DNA from: an uncultured Planctomycetia bacterium
GTDB taxonomy: Bacteria; Planctomycetota; GCA-002687715; DRQF01
NCBI GenBank assembly: GCA_964559135.1
Contig: CAZLGG010000004.1
Coordinates: forward strand, 3,447 to 67,446
DNA: 64,000 nucleotides
Direction: 5' to 3'
A program made the position numbers and the translations under genes. This document shows, piece by piece, positions 35,287 through 48,021 of this stretch. Below the pieces are notes generated by a model that worked only from the letters and a program-made list of their open reading frames with translations, made no database searches and was not told the DNA's origin. The first letter of the stretch is position 1, and the number at the start of each line of letters is the position of its first letter.

Positions 35287-37251
35287 TCATTTCTTGTCCA
35301 TGACCTCGGACCGCATTCGGTCCATGAAATCTTCCAGGCTCATGGAGCCCAGATTCTTTCGCCCTCGGGCCCGGACCGCAACCGTGGATTCGGAAGCTTC
35401 TTTTTCCCCCACGACCAGCGTGTAGGGGATTTTCTGGGTTTCGGCGTTGCGGATCTTCCCGCCCATGCGATCCTTGCTGAAATCGGAGTCGACGCGGAAT
35501 CCGGCCGCCTGAATCGCATCCAAGACGCTTTCAGCATATGGTTTATGAGCGTCGGAGATCGTGATCACGCGCGCCTGAATCGGTGATATCCACACGGGGA
35601 AGCTTCCCCCGAAGTGTTCGATGAGGATACCCATGAAGCGCTCGATGGACCCCAGGATCGCTCGATGAATCATCACGGGCCGAGATTTTCCACCCGCCTG
35701 GTCGTCATATTCCAGGCCGAAGCGCTCCGGCATATTGAAATCGAGCTGGACCGTGCCGAGCTGCCACTCCCGCTCCAGGGCGTCCTTCACGACGAAATCG
35801 ATCTTCGGTCCGTAGAAGGCGCCGTCTCCTGCGTTGACCGTGAAGTCGATGCCGTTCGCATCCAACGCATCGCGCAGAGCTGACTCGGCCTTCTCCCAGA
35901 TTTCGTCGCTCCCGATCGACATCTCCGGTCTCGTGGAGAGAAACACCAGCAGCTCGGGAAACTGGAAGTCGTCGTACACTTCCTTCAGGAGCTTGATGAC
36001 GCCGGAGATCTCGTCGGCGATCTGGTCCTCGCGGCAGAAGATGTGCGCGTCGTCCTGACAGAACGTGCGCACGCGGGTCAGCCCCGCGGTGACTCCCGAT
36101 CGCTCGTAGCGATGCAACCGGCCGAAGTCCGCCATCCTCACCGGAAGGTCTCTATACGAATGGAGCCGTGCGGCGAAGATCAGGGTGTGACTCGGGCAGT
36201 TCATCGGCTTCACGCCGTACTCGGCCTTGTCCACCTGAGTGAAGTACATGTTGTCCTTGTACTTGTCCCAGTGGCCCGATCGCTTCCAAAGTTCCACGTC
36301 GAAGATCTGGGGCGTGATCACTTCCTGATAGCCGAATCGACGATACTTCTCCCGCATCGTGTCGACGAGCAGGTTGTAGATCGTCGCCCCCTTCGGCAAG
36401 AAGAACGGACTGGCCGGCGCCCAGGGATGGAAGATGAATAGATCCAGCTCCTTGCCGAGCTTGCGGTGGTCGCGTCGCTGCGCCTCTTCACGTCGGTGAA
36501 GCCAACCGTCCAGATCCTTCTTCTTCCAAAACGCCGTTCCATAGACGCGCTGGAGCATGGGCCGCGTCTCGTCGCCGCGCCAATAGGCCCCGGCCACGTT
36601 GAGGAGCTTGAAGGCCTTGACGTATCCGGTGCTGGGTACGTGGGGGCCGCGACAGAGATCTTCAAAAGCGCCCCCGCCGTGGCGAAAGACCGTGAGTTCC
36701 TCGTCCTCCGGAATGCCCTCGATGAGCTCGACCTTGTAGACCTCCCCATCCTTCGCGAAACGGTCCAAGCTCGGAGCCCGCTCGATGGTGCAGCGCTCGA
36801 AAGGGGTGTCCTCGGCGATGATCTTCGCCATCTCCGCCTCGATGCGACGCAGGTCCTCTTCCGTCAGACGATGTTCGAGATCGATGTCGTAGTAGAAACC
36901 TTGGTCCGTCGAGGGACCGATGGAGAGTTTCACCTCCGGCCACAGACGGCAGATGGCATCCGCCATGATATGGCTCGCCGAGTGCCGGATGACGGCGAGC
37001 CCGTCCGGCTTGTCCGCCGTCACGAGATCGATGCGGCAGTCGGACTCGAGGGGCGTCCTCAGGTCGAGGATCTGTTCTCCACCGTCCACGCGCCCCCCTA
37101 CGGTCACCTTGGCGAGACCGGGCCCGATGGATTCAGCCACGTCGATGATCCGACTCCCCCGCGGCAGCTCGCGGACCGAGCCGTCGGGAAGGGTGACCTG
37201 AATGACACCTGCCTGGGCAGGATCGGCGTTGCTGTTCGTCTGATGGGCCAT
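35287..37251 (-). CDS. thrS: threonine--tRNA ligase
   Basis: TGS domain (IQVTLPDGSVRELPRGS), editing domain HSASHIMADA, class II catalytic core (FRHGGGAFEDLCRGPHVPSTG, RVRTFCQDDAHIF, DGAFYGPKIDF) and anticodon-binding domain. Start taken at MAHQTNS; the ORF is open to 37308. Confidence 0.95.
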   Translation of the reverse strand: MAHQTNSNADPAQAGVIQVTLPDGSVRELPRGSRIIDVAESIGPGLAKVTVGGRVDGGEQILDLRTPLESDCRIDLVTADKPDGLAVIRHSASHIMADAICRLWPEVKLSIGPSTDQGFYYDIDLEHRLTEEDLRRIEAEMAKIIAEDTPFERCTIERAPSLDRFAKDGEVYKVELIEGIPEDEELTVFRHGGGAFEDLCRGPHVPSTGYVKAFKLLNVAGAYWRGDETRPMLQRVYGTAFWKKKDLDGWLHRREEAQRRDHRKLGKELDLFIFHPWAPASPFFLPKGATIYNLLVDTMREKYRRFGYQEVITPQIFDVELWKRSGHWDKYKDNMYFTQVDKAEYGVKPMNCPSHTLIFAARLHSYRDLPVRMADFGRLHRYERSGVTAGLTRVRTFCQDDAHIFCREDQIADEISGVIKLLKEVYDDFQFPELLVFLSTRPEMSIGSDEIWEKAESALRDALDANGIDFTVNAGDGAFYGPKIDFVVKDALEREWQLGTVQLDFNMPERFGLEYDDQAGGKSRPVMIHRAILGSIERFMGILIEHFGGSFPVWISPIQARVITISDAHKPYAESVLDAIQAAGFRVDSDFSKDRMGGKIRNAETQKIPYTLVVGEKEASESTVAVRARGRKNLGSMSLEDFMDRMRSEVMDKK

Positions 37252-37596
37252 GGTTTCCGGGGTCGTTCCGCTCTGACGGGAGTCTGTCGGCGCCCCTGAG
37301 GGGGGCAAGGGCGCGTTTTAGCAGAAACCCTCCGCCGCTTCAACGCGCCACGCCATCGCCTAATACGCGATCGGACAAGGGCTTAGGGGACGCCCGACTC
37401 GCTTGGATCACTCCGTCGCGTACCCGACATCCTCCCATCGCAAGAAAACCTCAAAGAGCAACATCACTCCGCAGTGAGTAGAATGTTCCCCATTCCATCA
37501 GACTCTCGAGATATCCCGGGCGCTTTGCACCACGGTTCACTGCGCGGATTCACGTTCCACGCCACGCGCGCCCACAGACCGAAAAGGATTCGCACC

Positions 37597-38742
37597 ATGA
37601 AGAGATTCACTTTGTTTCTGACGGCCTTGTATCTTGTCCTCGGCGCGGCGACGGCACAGCAACTCGAACCCAACAGCCCGGGCGGCTCGCTGCGAAGCAA
37701 CGGTGCCGACCCGACACCGACCGTCCCTTTCCTCGTCGATCCGAATAGCTCCATGGACTTCGAAGTTGGGGGCAACGCCGGTTCACCCTATGGCTTGGTG
37801 GCCGGCCAACTGGCGACTCAATCCATCACGTCCCCCCTTCTCAACGGCCAGTTCTTCGATCTCGACGTCGCGACGGCCACCCTCATCGGCGACGGCATCA
37901 GCGGCGGGAGCACCGGCCTCCCGACGAATCTCTTCGCCCTCAACGGGACCGGCGGCGCAAACTGGTCGATTCCAGCCAACGCGGGGCTTCTCGGTCAGCA
38001 GCTCGCTTTTCAAGCCGTCGTCAGCGATCCAGGACAACCACCTCTCAATCTCAACATCACCGCGGCCGTCGAATTCGATTTCCAAAGCGTCTCCATTCTC
38101 ATCGGCGACGACACCTTGACGGGCATCACGCTCCTCCAGCCGTATGCCTTCTATGGGCAGACCTACACCCAGTGCTGGATCTCCACGAACGGTTGGATCA
38201 AGTTCGGCGGCGCTCCGACCCACAGCGACCTCGCCGAGAGCACTCCCAACTTCCTGAGCGGCAACATCGGAAACTCCGGAGCCGGAACCGGCCCCATCGT
38301 GGCGGCCCTATGGGAAGACCTTGACATGGGGAACGGGAATCCCGGCCAACAGGTGATCATCGCCGAGTCCACGCCGGGCTTCCTCACCGTCACGTGGCAA
38401 AATGGCGATTATTGGCCGTCCACGCCCTTCGGCACGATCTCGGCCACGATCGACGTGACGGCCGGAGTCCCGCAGATCACTCTCAATTTCATGGGCTACA
38501 CAGCGGCGGCGCCCCCCACCGAGGGGCTCGTCGGCATTTCCGACGGCGGCACGGCGATGGCGGTCGGCAACGAGGTCGACATCGTTCAGATGGGAGCCGT
38601 CGTCCCGACAGGTGGCATCAACCCGGCGGAGACCATCTTCCAGAACTTCGGCACGGGACCATTCAGCGAGTCGGTCGATCTCGCGGGAACCGTGGTCAAC
38701 TTCATCGACGCCGGCGGCGCCGGTCAATTCACCATGTTCTGA
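37597..38742 (+). CDS. secreted protein of uncharacterised family, paralog 1 (Gly/Asn/Thr-rich, C-terminal Phe)
   Basis: 381 aa from MKRFTLFLTALYLVLGAATAQQ (signal peptide). About 70% identical to the gene immediately downstream. Conserved blocks NGQFFD, QCWISTNGWIKFGGAP, LWEDLDMGNGNPGQQVII, TVTWQNGDYWPSTPFGT, VDIVQMGAVVPTGG. Ends ..GAGQFTMF. Confidence 0.7.
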   Translation: MKRFTLFLTALYLVLGAATAQQLEPNSPGGSLRSNGADPTPTVPFLVDPNSSMDFEVGGNAGSPYGLVAGQLATQSITSPLLNGQFFDLDVATATLIGDGISGGSTGLPTNLFALNGTGGANWSIPANAGLLGQQLAFQAVVSDPGQPPLNLNITAAVEFDFQSVSILIGDDTLTGITLLQPYAFYGQTYTQCWISTNGWIKFGGAPTHSDLAESTPNFLSGNIGNSGAGTGPIVAALWEDLDMGNGNPGQQVIIAESTPGFLTVTWQNGDYWPSTPFGTISATIDVTAGVPQITLNFMGYTAAAPPTEGLVGISDGGTAMAVGNEVDIVQMGAVVPTGGINPAETIFQNFGTGPFSESVDLAGTVVNFIDAGGAGQFTMF

Positions 38743-38774
38743 CACGAAGCTGACACGCCTCATGAGCCAACTCC

Positions 38775-38808
38775 GGGGAGCCGCATCGGCGGCTCCCTTC
38801 TTCGTTCC
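38775..38808 (+). terminator. hairpin terminator after paralog 1
   Basis: GGGAGCCGC-ATCG-GCGGCTCCC followed by TTCTTCGTTCC. The stem sequence is almost identical to the stronger terminator after paralog 2. Confidence 0.35.
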
Positions 38809-38964
38809 GTCGGGAACGCGGTCCCCGCGACATCTTGGCCTGGAAAATGGGGGGAGTATATGCCCACCTCAAACGTTGAGCAGCCGGTGGCGGCACCGTC
38901 CGGCCGTCTTTCCAATGACTCCTGATGCCGTGCGGCCGCCAGAGCTCAAGAAAGGAGATGAGCC

Positions 38965-40110
38965 ATGCAGAGATTCATGCTTTTTCTGATCGCTTTGTGC
39001 CTGATCCTCGCTCCGGTGACCGCACAGCAACTGGAGCCGAACACCCCCGGAGGCTTCCTCCAGGTCAACGGCGTCGATCCCACGCCCGGAACACCCTTCC
39101 TTGTCACACCCAACGGCACGATGAACTTCGAGGTCGGCGGCAACGCGAATGCGGGGTATTCCCTCGTCGTGGGGCAATTGGCCACGACATCGATCACGGA
39201 CCCTCTGCTCAACGGCCAGTTTTTCGACATCGACCTGAACACGGCCGCACTCGTCGGTGACGGCATCGGAGGCACCAACACGGGCCTGCCGGCCAACCTG
39301 TTCTTCCTGAACTCGAACGGCGTGAGCCCATGGAGCATTCCCACCAATCCGGGACTCCTCGGCCAGAGACTCGCCTTCCAGGCTGTCGTCTTCGATCCGG
39401 CCCAGCCCCCCTTGAATCTCAACATCACGGCCGCGGCCGAATTCGACGTCCAGAACGTCACCGTTCTCACCGGCGACGACAGCTTTGTGTCTTTCAGCTT
39501 GCTTCAGCCCTACCCCCTCTATGGCCAGACCTACAACCAGTGCTTCATCTCGACGAACGGCTGGATCAAGTTCGGCGGCGCTCCGTTTTTCAGTGACTTG
39601 AGCGAAAGCTCCCAGGACTTCCTGAGTGGGAACGTCGGAGGAGCCGGCGCTGGCAGCGGTCCCGTCGTCGCGCCTCTTTGGGAAGACCTGGACATGGGGA
39701 ACGGGAATCCCGGTCAGCAGGTGATCATCAACGAATCCGTTCCCGGTCTCTTGACCGTCACCTGGCAGAACGGCGACTACTTTCCTTCGACTCCCTTCGG
39801 CACGGTCATCGCGACGGTCGATGTGACGGCGGGCATTCCGCAGATCACCCTCGACTACTTGGGCTACAACGCCATGACGCCTCCCACGGAAGGCATCGTG
39901 GGCGTCTCGGACGGCGGCGTCGCCATGGCGGTCGCCAATGAGGTCGATCTCGTTCAGATGGGAGCCGTCGTGCCGACCGGTGGCTTCAACCCGGCGGAGA
40001 CCATTTTCCAGAACTTCGGCACGGGGACCTTCCCCGAAGCCGTGGATCTGGCGGGCACGGTCCTCAATTTCGTCGACGCGGCAGGCACGGGTCAGTTCGC
40101 CCTCTTCTGA
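38965..40110 (+). CDS. secreted protein of uncharacterised family, paralog 2
   Basis: 381 aa from MQRFMLFLIALCLILAPVTAQQ, with strong SD AAAGGAG 6 nt upstream. Colinear with paralog 1 (same conserved blocks). Ends ..GTGQFALF. Confidence 0.75.
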   Translation: MQRFMLFLIALCLILAPVTAQQLEPNTPGGFLQVNGVDPTPGTPFLVTPNGTMNFEVGGNANAGYSLVVGQLATTSITDPLLNGQFFDIDLNTAALVGDGIGGTNTGLPANLFFLNSNGVSPWSIPTNPGLLGQRLAFQAVVFDPAQPPLNLNITAAAEFDVQNVTVLTGDDSFVSFSLLQPYPLYGQTYNQCFISTNGWIKFGGAPFFSDLSESSQDFLSGNVGGAGAGSGPVVAPLWEDLDMGNGNPGQQVIINESVPGLLTVTWQNGDYFPSTPFGTVIATVDVTAGIPQITLDYLGYNAMTPPTEGIVGVSDGGVAMAVANEVDLVQMGAVVPTGGFNPAETIFQNFGTGTFPEAVDLAGTVLNFVDAAGTGQFALF

Positions 40111-40139
40111 TCCCACCTGGACACCGAATGTGTTCCCTC

Positions 40140-40170
40140 GGGGAGCCGGCAGGCCGGCTCCCCTTTTTTT
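40140..40170 (+). terminator. Rho-independent terminator after paralog 2
   Basis: GGGGAGCCGG-CAGG-CCGGCTCCCC followed by TTTTTTT, 30 nt after the stop. Convergent with aspS. Confidence 0.7.
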
Positions 40171-40198
40171 GACCGGTTCAAGGCACGGCGACGGCGCG

Positions 40199-41995
40199 CT
40201 ACGGAGCGTCTCGAGGAAGTTTCTTTGGGTCGTCGGACGCATGGCCGACAAAACGGAGGCCGAGGGCGTCGAGGGCGTCGCCGAGAGGTTCGCTGGGGGA
40301 CTCGGTGAGGGGACAGACTCCGCGGGAGTTCTTGGGGAAGGCGATGACTTCCCGGAGGTTGTCGCGTCCCAGCATGACCATGACCAACCGATCGAGCCCC
40401 AGGGCGATGCCCCCGTGGGGCGGCGCGCCGTATTCCAACGCTCGCAGGAACCAGCCGAACTTGGCTTCCACGTCCTCCTCGGAAAGGTTGACCAGTTCAA
40501 AGACGCGACGCTGTACCTCCGGGCGGTGAATACGCAAGCTGCCCGAACCCATCTCCACTCCATTCACCACGAGATCGTAGAGATCCCCCAGGACTTGCGA
40601 GAGATCCCCTTCCTCCCCCTTCGCCGGGAGGGGTTTCTTGGGCATGGTGAACATGTGGTGCATGGCGGTCCAATGGCCCGCTTCCTCGTCGTATTCGAAG
40701 AGAGGAAAGTCCACGACCCACAGGCAATCCGTCCGCGAATCGTCAATGAGACCCAGAGCCCGGCCCAGATGCAGCCGGACGTGGGCAAGCGCCGCGAACA
40801 CGACGGCGTCGCGGTCCGCGACGAAGACGAGGAGATCGCCCGGTTCCGCACCCGCGCGCTCCAACATGGGATGCAGTTCCGACTCCTGCAGGAACTTACC
40901 CACCGGCCCCTGGAAACCGTCCTCGTTCCACTTCACCCAGGCCAATCCACGCGCGCCGTACTCCTTGGCCACCTTCTCCAGCTTGTCCACCTTCTTGCGC
41001 GGCATGGCGGCGCCACCCGGTACGCGGATGGCGCGGACCGAACCTCCCGAAGCGACGGCTCCGGAGAACACCTTGAACCCGGTTCTTGCCGCCAGATCGG
41101 ACAGGTCCACGAGTTCCAATCCGAATCGCGTATCCGGTTTGTCGGTGCCGAAACGCGCCATGGCTTCCGCGTAGGTCATTCGCGGGAAGGGCAGCGGGAG
41201 ATCCACGCCCTTCAGCTCCTTCCAAAGGCGGTGAAGCGTCTTCTCCACGATGGCGAAGACGTCGTCCGGGCGGACGAAACTCATTTCCATGTCCAACTGT
41301 GTGAACTCGGGCTGACGGTCGGCGCGAAGGTCTTCGTCTCGCAGGCACTTGCAGATCTGATAGTAGCGGTCGAGACCCGAGACCATGAGCACCTGCTTGA
41401 AGAGCTGGGGCGACTGGGGAAGGGCATAGACAAGACCAGGCTGCAGACGGGAGGGCACGATGAAGTCCCGGGCTCCCTCGGGGGTCGTCTTCGTCAGCAG
41501 AGGCGTCTCAATGTCCACGAAGTCTTCGTCGTGAAAGACCTCGCGGATGATCTGGGTGACGCGGCTGCGAAAGACCATCGCCTCGGACAGGGGGCGACGG
41601 CGAAGGTCCACGAAACGGTACTTGAGCCGCGTGTCCTCCTTCGCCTCGATCTCGTCCTGAACCTCGAAGGGCGGCGTCTTCGACCTGTTGAGGATTTCGA
41701 CCTCGAGGACCTTCACCTCGACCTCGCCGGTCGGGCGGTCCGCGTTGATCTGCCCATCCGGCCGGGCTTCCACCTTGCCCCTGAGGGCGATCACATATTC
41801 AGACTTCAGGCCCTCGAGGATCTCCTCTTGGCCCGGGTCGAAACGCGCCTGAGTGATGCCGTATCGATCGCAGAGGTCGACGAAGTGGACACCGCCGTGA
41901 TCCCGGCGATTGCGGACCCAACCGGCCAGAATGACCTCACGGTCGATGTCCTTCGAACGCAGTTCGCCGCAGGTGACGTTTCGATGCAATCTCAT
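40199..41995 (-). CDS. aspS: aspartate--tRNA ligase
   Basis: 598 aa. OB anticodon-binding domain (VILAGWVRNRRDHGGVHFVDLCDRYG), class II motifs FRDEDLRADRQPEFTQLDMEMSF, GGIALGLDRLVM, and a GAD insertion domain. Confidence 0.95.
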   Translation of the reverse strand: MRLHRNVTCGELRSKDIDREVILAGWVRNRRDHGGVHFVDLCDRYGITQARFDPGQEEILEGLKSEYVIALRGKVEARPDGQINADRPTGEVEVKVLEVEILNRSKTPPFEVQDEIEAKEDTRLKYRFVDLRRRPLSEAMVFRSRVTQIIREVFHDEDFVDIETPLLTKTTPEGARDFIVPSRLQPGLVYALPQSPQLFKQVLMVSGLDRYYQICKCLRDEDLRADRQPEFTQLDMEMSFVRPDDVFAIVEKTLHRLWKELKGVDLPLPFPRMTYAEAMARFGTDKPDTRFGLELVDLSDLAARTGFKVFSGAVASGGSVRAIRVPGGAAMPRKKVDKLEKVAKEYGARGLAWVKWNEDGFQGPVGKFLQESELHPMLERAGAEPGDLLVFVADRDAVVFAALAHVRLHLGRALGLIDDSRTDCLWVVDFPLFEYDEEAGHWTAMHHMFTMPKKPLPAKGEEGDLSQVLGDLYDLVVNGVEMGSGSLRIHRPEVQRRVFELVNLSEEDVEAKFGWFLRALEYGAPPHGGIALGLDRLVMVMLGRDNLREVIAFPKNSRGVCPLTESPSEPLGDALDALGLRFVGHASDDPKKLPRDAP

Positions 41996-42091
41996 GGGAA
42001 GAATCTCCTCAGCGAGGAGATACCGAAAAGTGCCCCCGAAATCACGCCGCGAGCGGCGTGATCGGGGGCGACCTTCATCTCGAGAAAGGTC

Positions 42092-42523
42092 TCAGTTGTT
42101 TCTTTGGGCGTCCCGAGCGACGTGCAGGCGTTGGAGCGCGCGGCGAAGAGCCAATTCAGCCCGGAGGAAATCGATCTCAGATCGCGCTTCTTTCCGCTTC
42201 TGGAGGCGCTCCCGCGCCCGCTGCTCGGCGCGGCGAGCCCGCTCGACATCGATGTCCTCCGCCCGCTCACCGACGTCCGCCAGGATGCGACAGAGATTGT
42301 CCGAAACCTCCAGGAATCCGTCGGAGACGAAAAGGAGCGTCTCCTTCCCCGATTCCTCCACCACGCGCAGCTCACCCATTTCCACGGCGGAGAGCATGGG
42401 GGCGTGATTGGGCAACACTCCCATCAGGCCGTCGGCCGCCGGAAAGACGACGGACCGAACGGCGCCGTGGAAGACCTCCTGCTCGGGGGTCACGAACTCG
42501 AGATCGAAAACGGTGGCGGCCAT
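42092..42523 (-). CDS. atpC: F1Fo ATP synthase epsilon subunit
   Basis: 143 aa. N-terminal beta-sandwich plus C-terminal helical hairpin. Last gene of the atp operon. Confidence 0.9.
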   Translation of the reverse strand: MAATVFDLEFVTPEQEVFHGAVRSVVFPAADGLMGVLPNHAPMLSAVEMGELRVVEESGKETLLFVSDGFLEVSDNLCRILADVGERAEDIDVERARRAEQRARERLQKRKEARSEIDFLRAELALRRALQRLHVARDAQRNN

Positions 42524-42536
42524 GCTTCAGATCTCC

Positions 42537-43961
<1,425 letters not shown>

Positions 43962-43980
43962 TCAGCGTGTATGTTTTCCA

Positions 43981-44877
43981 TCAGCCCTTCAGGGCTTCCG
44001 CTCCCGCCGCGATCTCCAAGAGCTCGGCGGTGATGCCCGCTTGGCGGGCCTTGTTGTATTCGCGGGTGAGGTCGTCGATCATGTCGCCGGCCGCATCCGT
44101 TGCGTTCTTCATGGCAATGCGTCGGGCCGCGAACTCGCTGGCAAGCGACTCCAACACCGCATTGAAGAACTTCATTTCGAGTGACTTGGGGATGAGCCTC
44201 GCCAAGATCTCCTTGGGGCTGGGCTCCATGATGTACTCGGTCTCGCCCTCGGTCGCGACCGCCTCTTCGCCTTCCGCTTCACCGTCCGTGGGGAGGGCGG
44301 CGAGAGGTAAGAGGGTCTCGACGGTGGGGACGAATTTCACCACCGACTGAAACATGGTGTAGACCAAGCTGACCCGCTGGTAATTCCCCTGCACGAATGC
44401 ATCCGCCAAGGACGCCATGACCTTGGACATGGCGCGGTAGTCGGCGTATTCCAGGCGCCCCTCGTACGAGCCGGCAGAGGACTGCTTGATCTTTTCGAAG
44501 AGCAAGGTCGCGCGACGGCCCAGCGTGTAGACGTCGACCTCGATCCCTCTTTTCTCCACCTCGCGCACGTAGCCCACGGCCTTGCGAGAGAGGTTGGCGT
44601 TGAAGGGGCCGCAGAGCCCCTTCGTACCACCGATCACGATCACGCACTCCCGCTCGACCTCGGTCGGAGCCACGAGCAAAGGTGAGGTGTCCTCGGGCGC
44701 ATGGCGCGCAACCCTCGCCATCATGGCCCGAATCGCATCGGCGAAGGGACGGGTGGCTTCCGCCCGTCCCTGAAGCTTCTTCATCTTCGTGGTGGCGACG
44801 AGTTCCATGGTACTCGTCACCTTGCGGATGTTGCCGATGCTCTTGATGCGAGCTTTGAGTTCTTTGACGCCCTTCAT
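43981..44877 (-). CDS. atpG: F1Fo ATP synthase gamma subunit
   Basis: 298 aa. MKGVKELKARIKSIGNIRKVTSTMELVATTKM.. with the conserved C-terminal helix. Confidence 0.95.
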   Translation of the reverse strand: MKGVKELKARIKSIGNIRKVTSTMELVATTKMKKLQGRAEATRPFADAIRAMMARVARHAPEDTSPLLVAPTEVERECVIVIGGTKGLCGPFNANLSRKAVGYVREVEKRGIEVDVYTLGRRATLLFEKIKQSSAGSYEGRLEYADYRAMSKVMASLADAFVQGNYQRVSLVYTMFQSVVKFVPTVETLLPLAALPTDGEAEGEEAVATEGETEYIMEPSPKEILARLIPKSLEMKFFNAVLESLASEFAARRIAMKNATDAAGDMIDDLTREYNKARQAGITAELLEIAAGAEALKG

Positions 44878-44890
44878 GCTTGGGTCCCGC

Positions 44891-46429
<1,539 letters not shown>

Positions 46430-46468
46430 GTTTCCACTCCAGAGGAATCGGAAGAGACTGAGCGAGCG

Positions 46469-47008
46469 TCAGACGACGCTCTTCAGTTGCTGCTCCAACT
46501 CCTCGTATTGTCTCCTGATCGTTCCGTCGATGCGCATCGACCCCACCGTGATCCTCAATCCGCCCAAGAGATCGGGTCTGACGACGATCTCGGCCTCGAC
46601 CTTCTTGCCGGTCGCGTCCGACAGGCGCTTCAACAACGCGTCTTTGGCTTCCCCCTCGACGGGGAACGCGGACTCCACAGTCACGTGAATGATGCCGTCC
46701 GCCGCCTCCTTCAGCTCGAAGAACTCGAGAATCATCGCCCCGAGAATGGACTCGCGACCCCGATCCACGATGAGCTTCATCACGTTGCCGATGAAGGGGT
46801 GGAGCCCCTTTGCCAGCTTCTCGTCCACGAGTCTCTTCTTGGCATCCGGAGGGGCCCCCTGATCCAGGTAGAGACGTCGAGCCGCAGCGTCGGCCGTGAG
46901 GCGACGATGCAGCTCGATCAGCCCCTCCGCGACCTCACCGGAAACATCACGTTCTCGAGCGAGTTCGAAAAGAGCCTGAGCGTAGCGTTGTGCTGCAACT
47001 CGAGACAT
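46469..47008 (-). CDS. atpH: F1Fo ATP synthase delta (OSCP) subunit
   Basis: 179 aa. MSRVAAQRYAQALFELARE.. Positioned between atpF and atpA. Confidence 0.9.
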   Translation of the reverse strand: MSRVAAQRYAQALFELARERDVSGEVAEGLIELHRRLTADAAARRLYLDQGAPPDAKKRLVDEKLAKGLHPFIGNVMKLIVDRGRESILGAMILEFFELKEAADGIIHVTVESAFPVEGEAKDALLKRLSDATGKKVEAEIVVRPDLLGGLRITVGSMRIDGTIRRQYEELEQQLKSVV

Positions 47009-47535
47009 CAGTTGAGATCCCCCGCCTTCGCCAACACCTCGTTGGCCAGGCGCTGGTGTTCTTTCTCGTCGATCTTCTCCGACACCACCTTGCGAGAGAT
47101 GGTGACGGCCAGATCGACGACCTGAGCCCTAAGATCGGCAATGGCGCGGTCGCGCGCAGCAGCTATGTCCTTCTCCGCCCGGGCCTTCAGGGCATCCGCC
47201 TGCGATTCGGCTTCATCGATGATGGACTGCTTGGCCCTTTCGGCAGCCTCACGGGCGGCCTCCAGAGTCTTCTTGGCCTCGGTCGCGGCCTCGTCCAGCT
47301 TGCGCTGGTATTCGGCCATGGCGGCGTCCGCTTCCTTGCGAGCCTTTTCCGCGGCAGCAATGTCCGCGCGGATCTTCTGCTCCCGCTCCTCGATCATCTG
47401 AGTGAGCGGACCCCAACCGAGTTTCCAGAGAAGCGCCACCAACAAGGCAAAAGTGACGGCGGACCAGATCATGAAGCCGGGCTCGAAAGCGAATACGCCG
47501 CCTTCCGCCTCGGACGCGAAAGAAAGAATCAGCAT
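47008..47535 (-). CDS. atpF: F1Fo ATP synthase subunit b
   Basis: 175 aa. Single N-terminal TM, then a long charged Ala/Glu/Lys-rich helix. Overlaps the atpH start by 1 nt. Confidence 0.9.
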   Translation of the reverse strand: MLILSFASEAEGGVFAFEPGFMIWSAVTFALLVALLWKLGWGPLTQMIEEREQKIRADIAAAEKARKEADAAMAEYQRKLDEAATEAKKTLEAAREAAERAKQSIIDEAESQADALKARAEKDIAAARDRAIADLRAQVVDLAVTISRKVVSEKIDEKEHQRLANEVLAKAGDLN

Positions 47536-47586
47536 TTCATCCCCTCCCAGGTCGGATGTTCTTCAAAACCCCTGGGTCTGAACGAC

Positions 47587-47913
47587 TTACTTGAGGCCGG
47601 CCAGAGAGAAGGTGACGAAGATGGCGAAGAAGGTAAAACCTTCGATCAGAGCCGCCGCGATAATCATCGTGACGCGGATCGCTCCCGCAGCCTCGGGCTG
47701 GCGAGCGGTCCCTTCCATGGCGGCGGTGGCGAGCTTTCCGATGCCGAAACCTCCGCCGATGGTGGCGAGTCCAGCCCCGATTCCGGCAGCGAGCCAACCC
47801 CAACCGAGGGACGTGGCGCGAGCGGCTTCCGCATCCTGAGCCATCGCGGTGGCGCTGCAGACGAGCAGGGCACCTGCCATCATGAGCATCGTCTTGGCGT
47901 ACTTGGCGAGCAT
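47587..47913 (-). CDS. atpE: F1Fo ATP synthase subunit c with N-terminal extension
   Basis: c-ring hairpin GIGAGLATIGGGFGIGKLA..AAALIEGFTFFAIFVTFSLAGL, with the essential carboxylate in AAALIEG. About 30 extra N-terminal residues resemble a signal peptide (MLAKYAKTMLMMAGALLVCSATAMAQD). The start could be a later Met. Confidence 0.85.
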   Translation of the reverse strand: MLAKYAKTMLMMAGALLVCSATAMAQDAEAARATSLGWGWLAAGIGAGLATIGGGFGIGKLATAAMEGTARQPEAAGAIRVTMIIAAALIEGFTFFAIFVTFSLAGLK

Positions 47914-48021
47914 CCTGAAGACCTCCTTATAGTCAATTTTTTCTTGCGGCTTCGGCCGCGGTTCGAATCAAATCCCGGAGGCACCGAGCCCCCGTTCCCA
48001 ATCGGTCCAACACCCCGTCGA

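Noticed and set aside
37252-37596. T-box or tRNA-mimic leader upstream of thrS
   Set aside because: No specifier-loop/T-box consensus (AGGGUGGNACCGCG) or clear operator hairpins could be identified by eye. The region is treated as a plain divergent promoter region.
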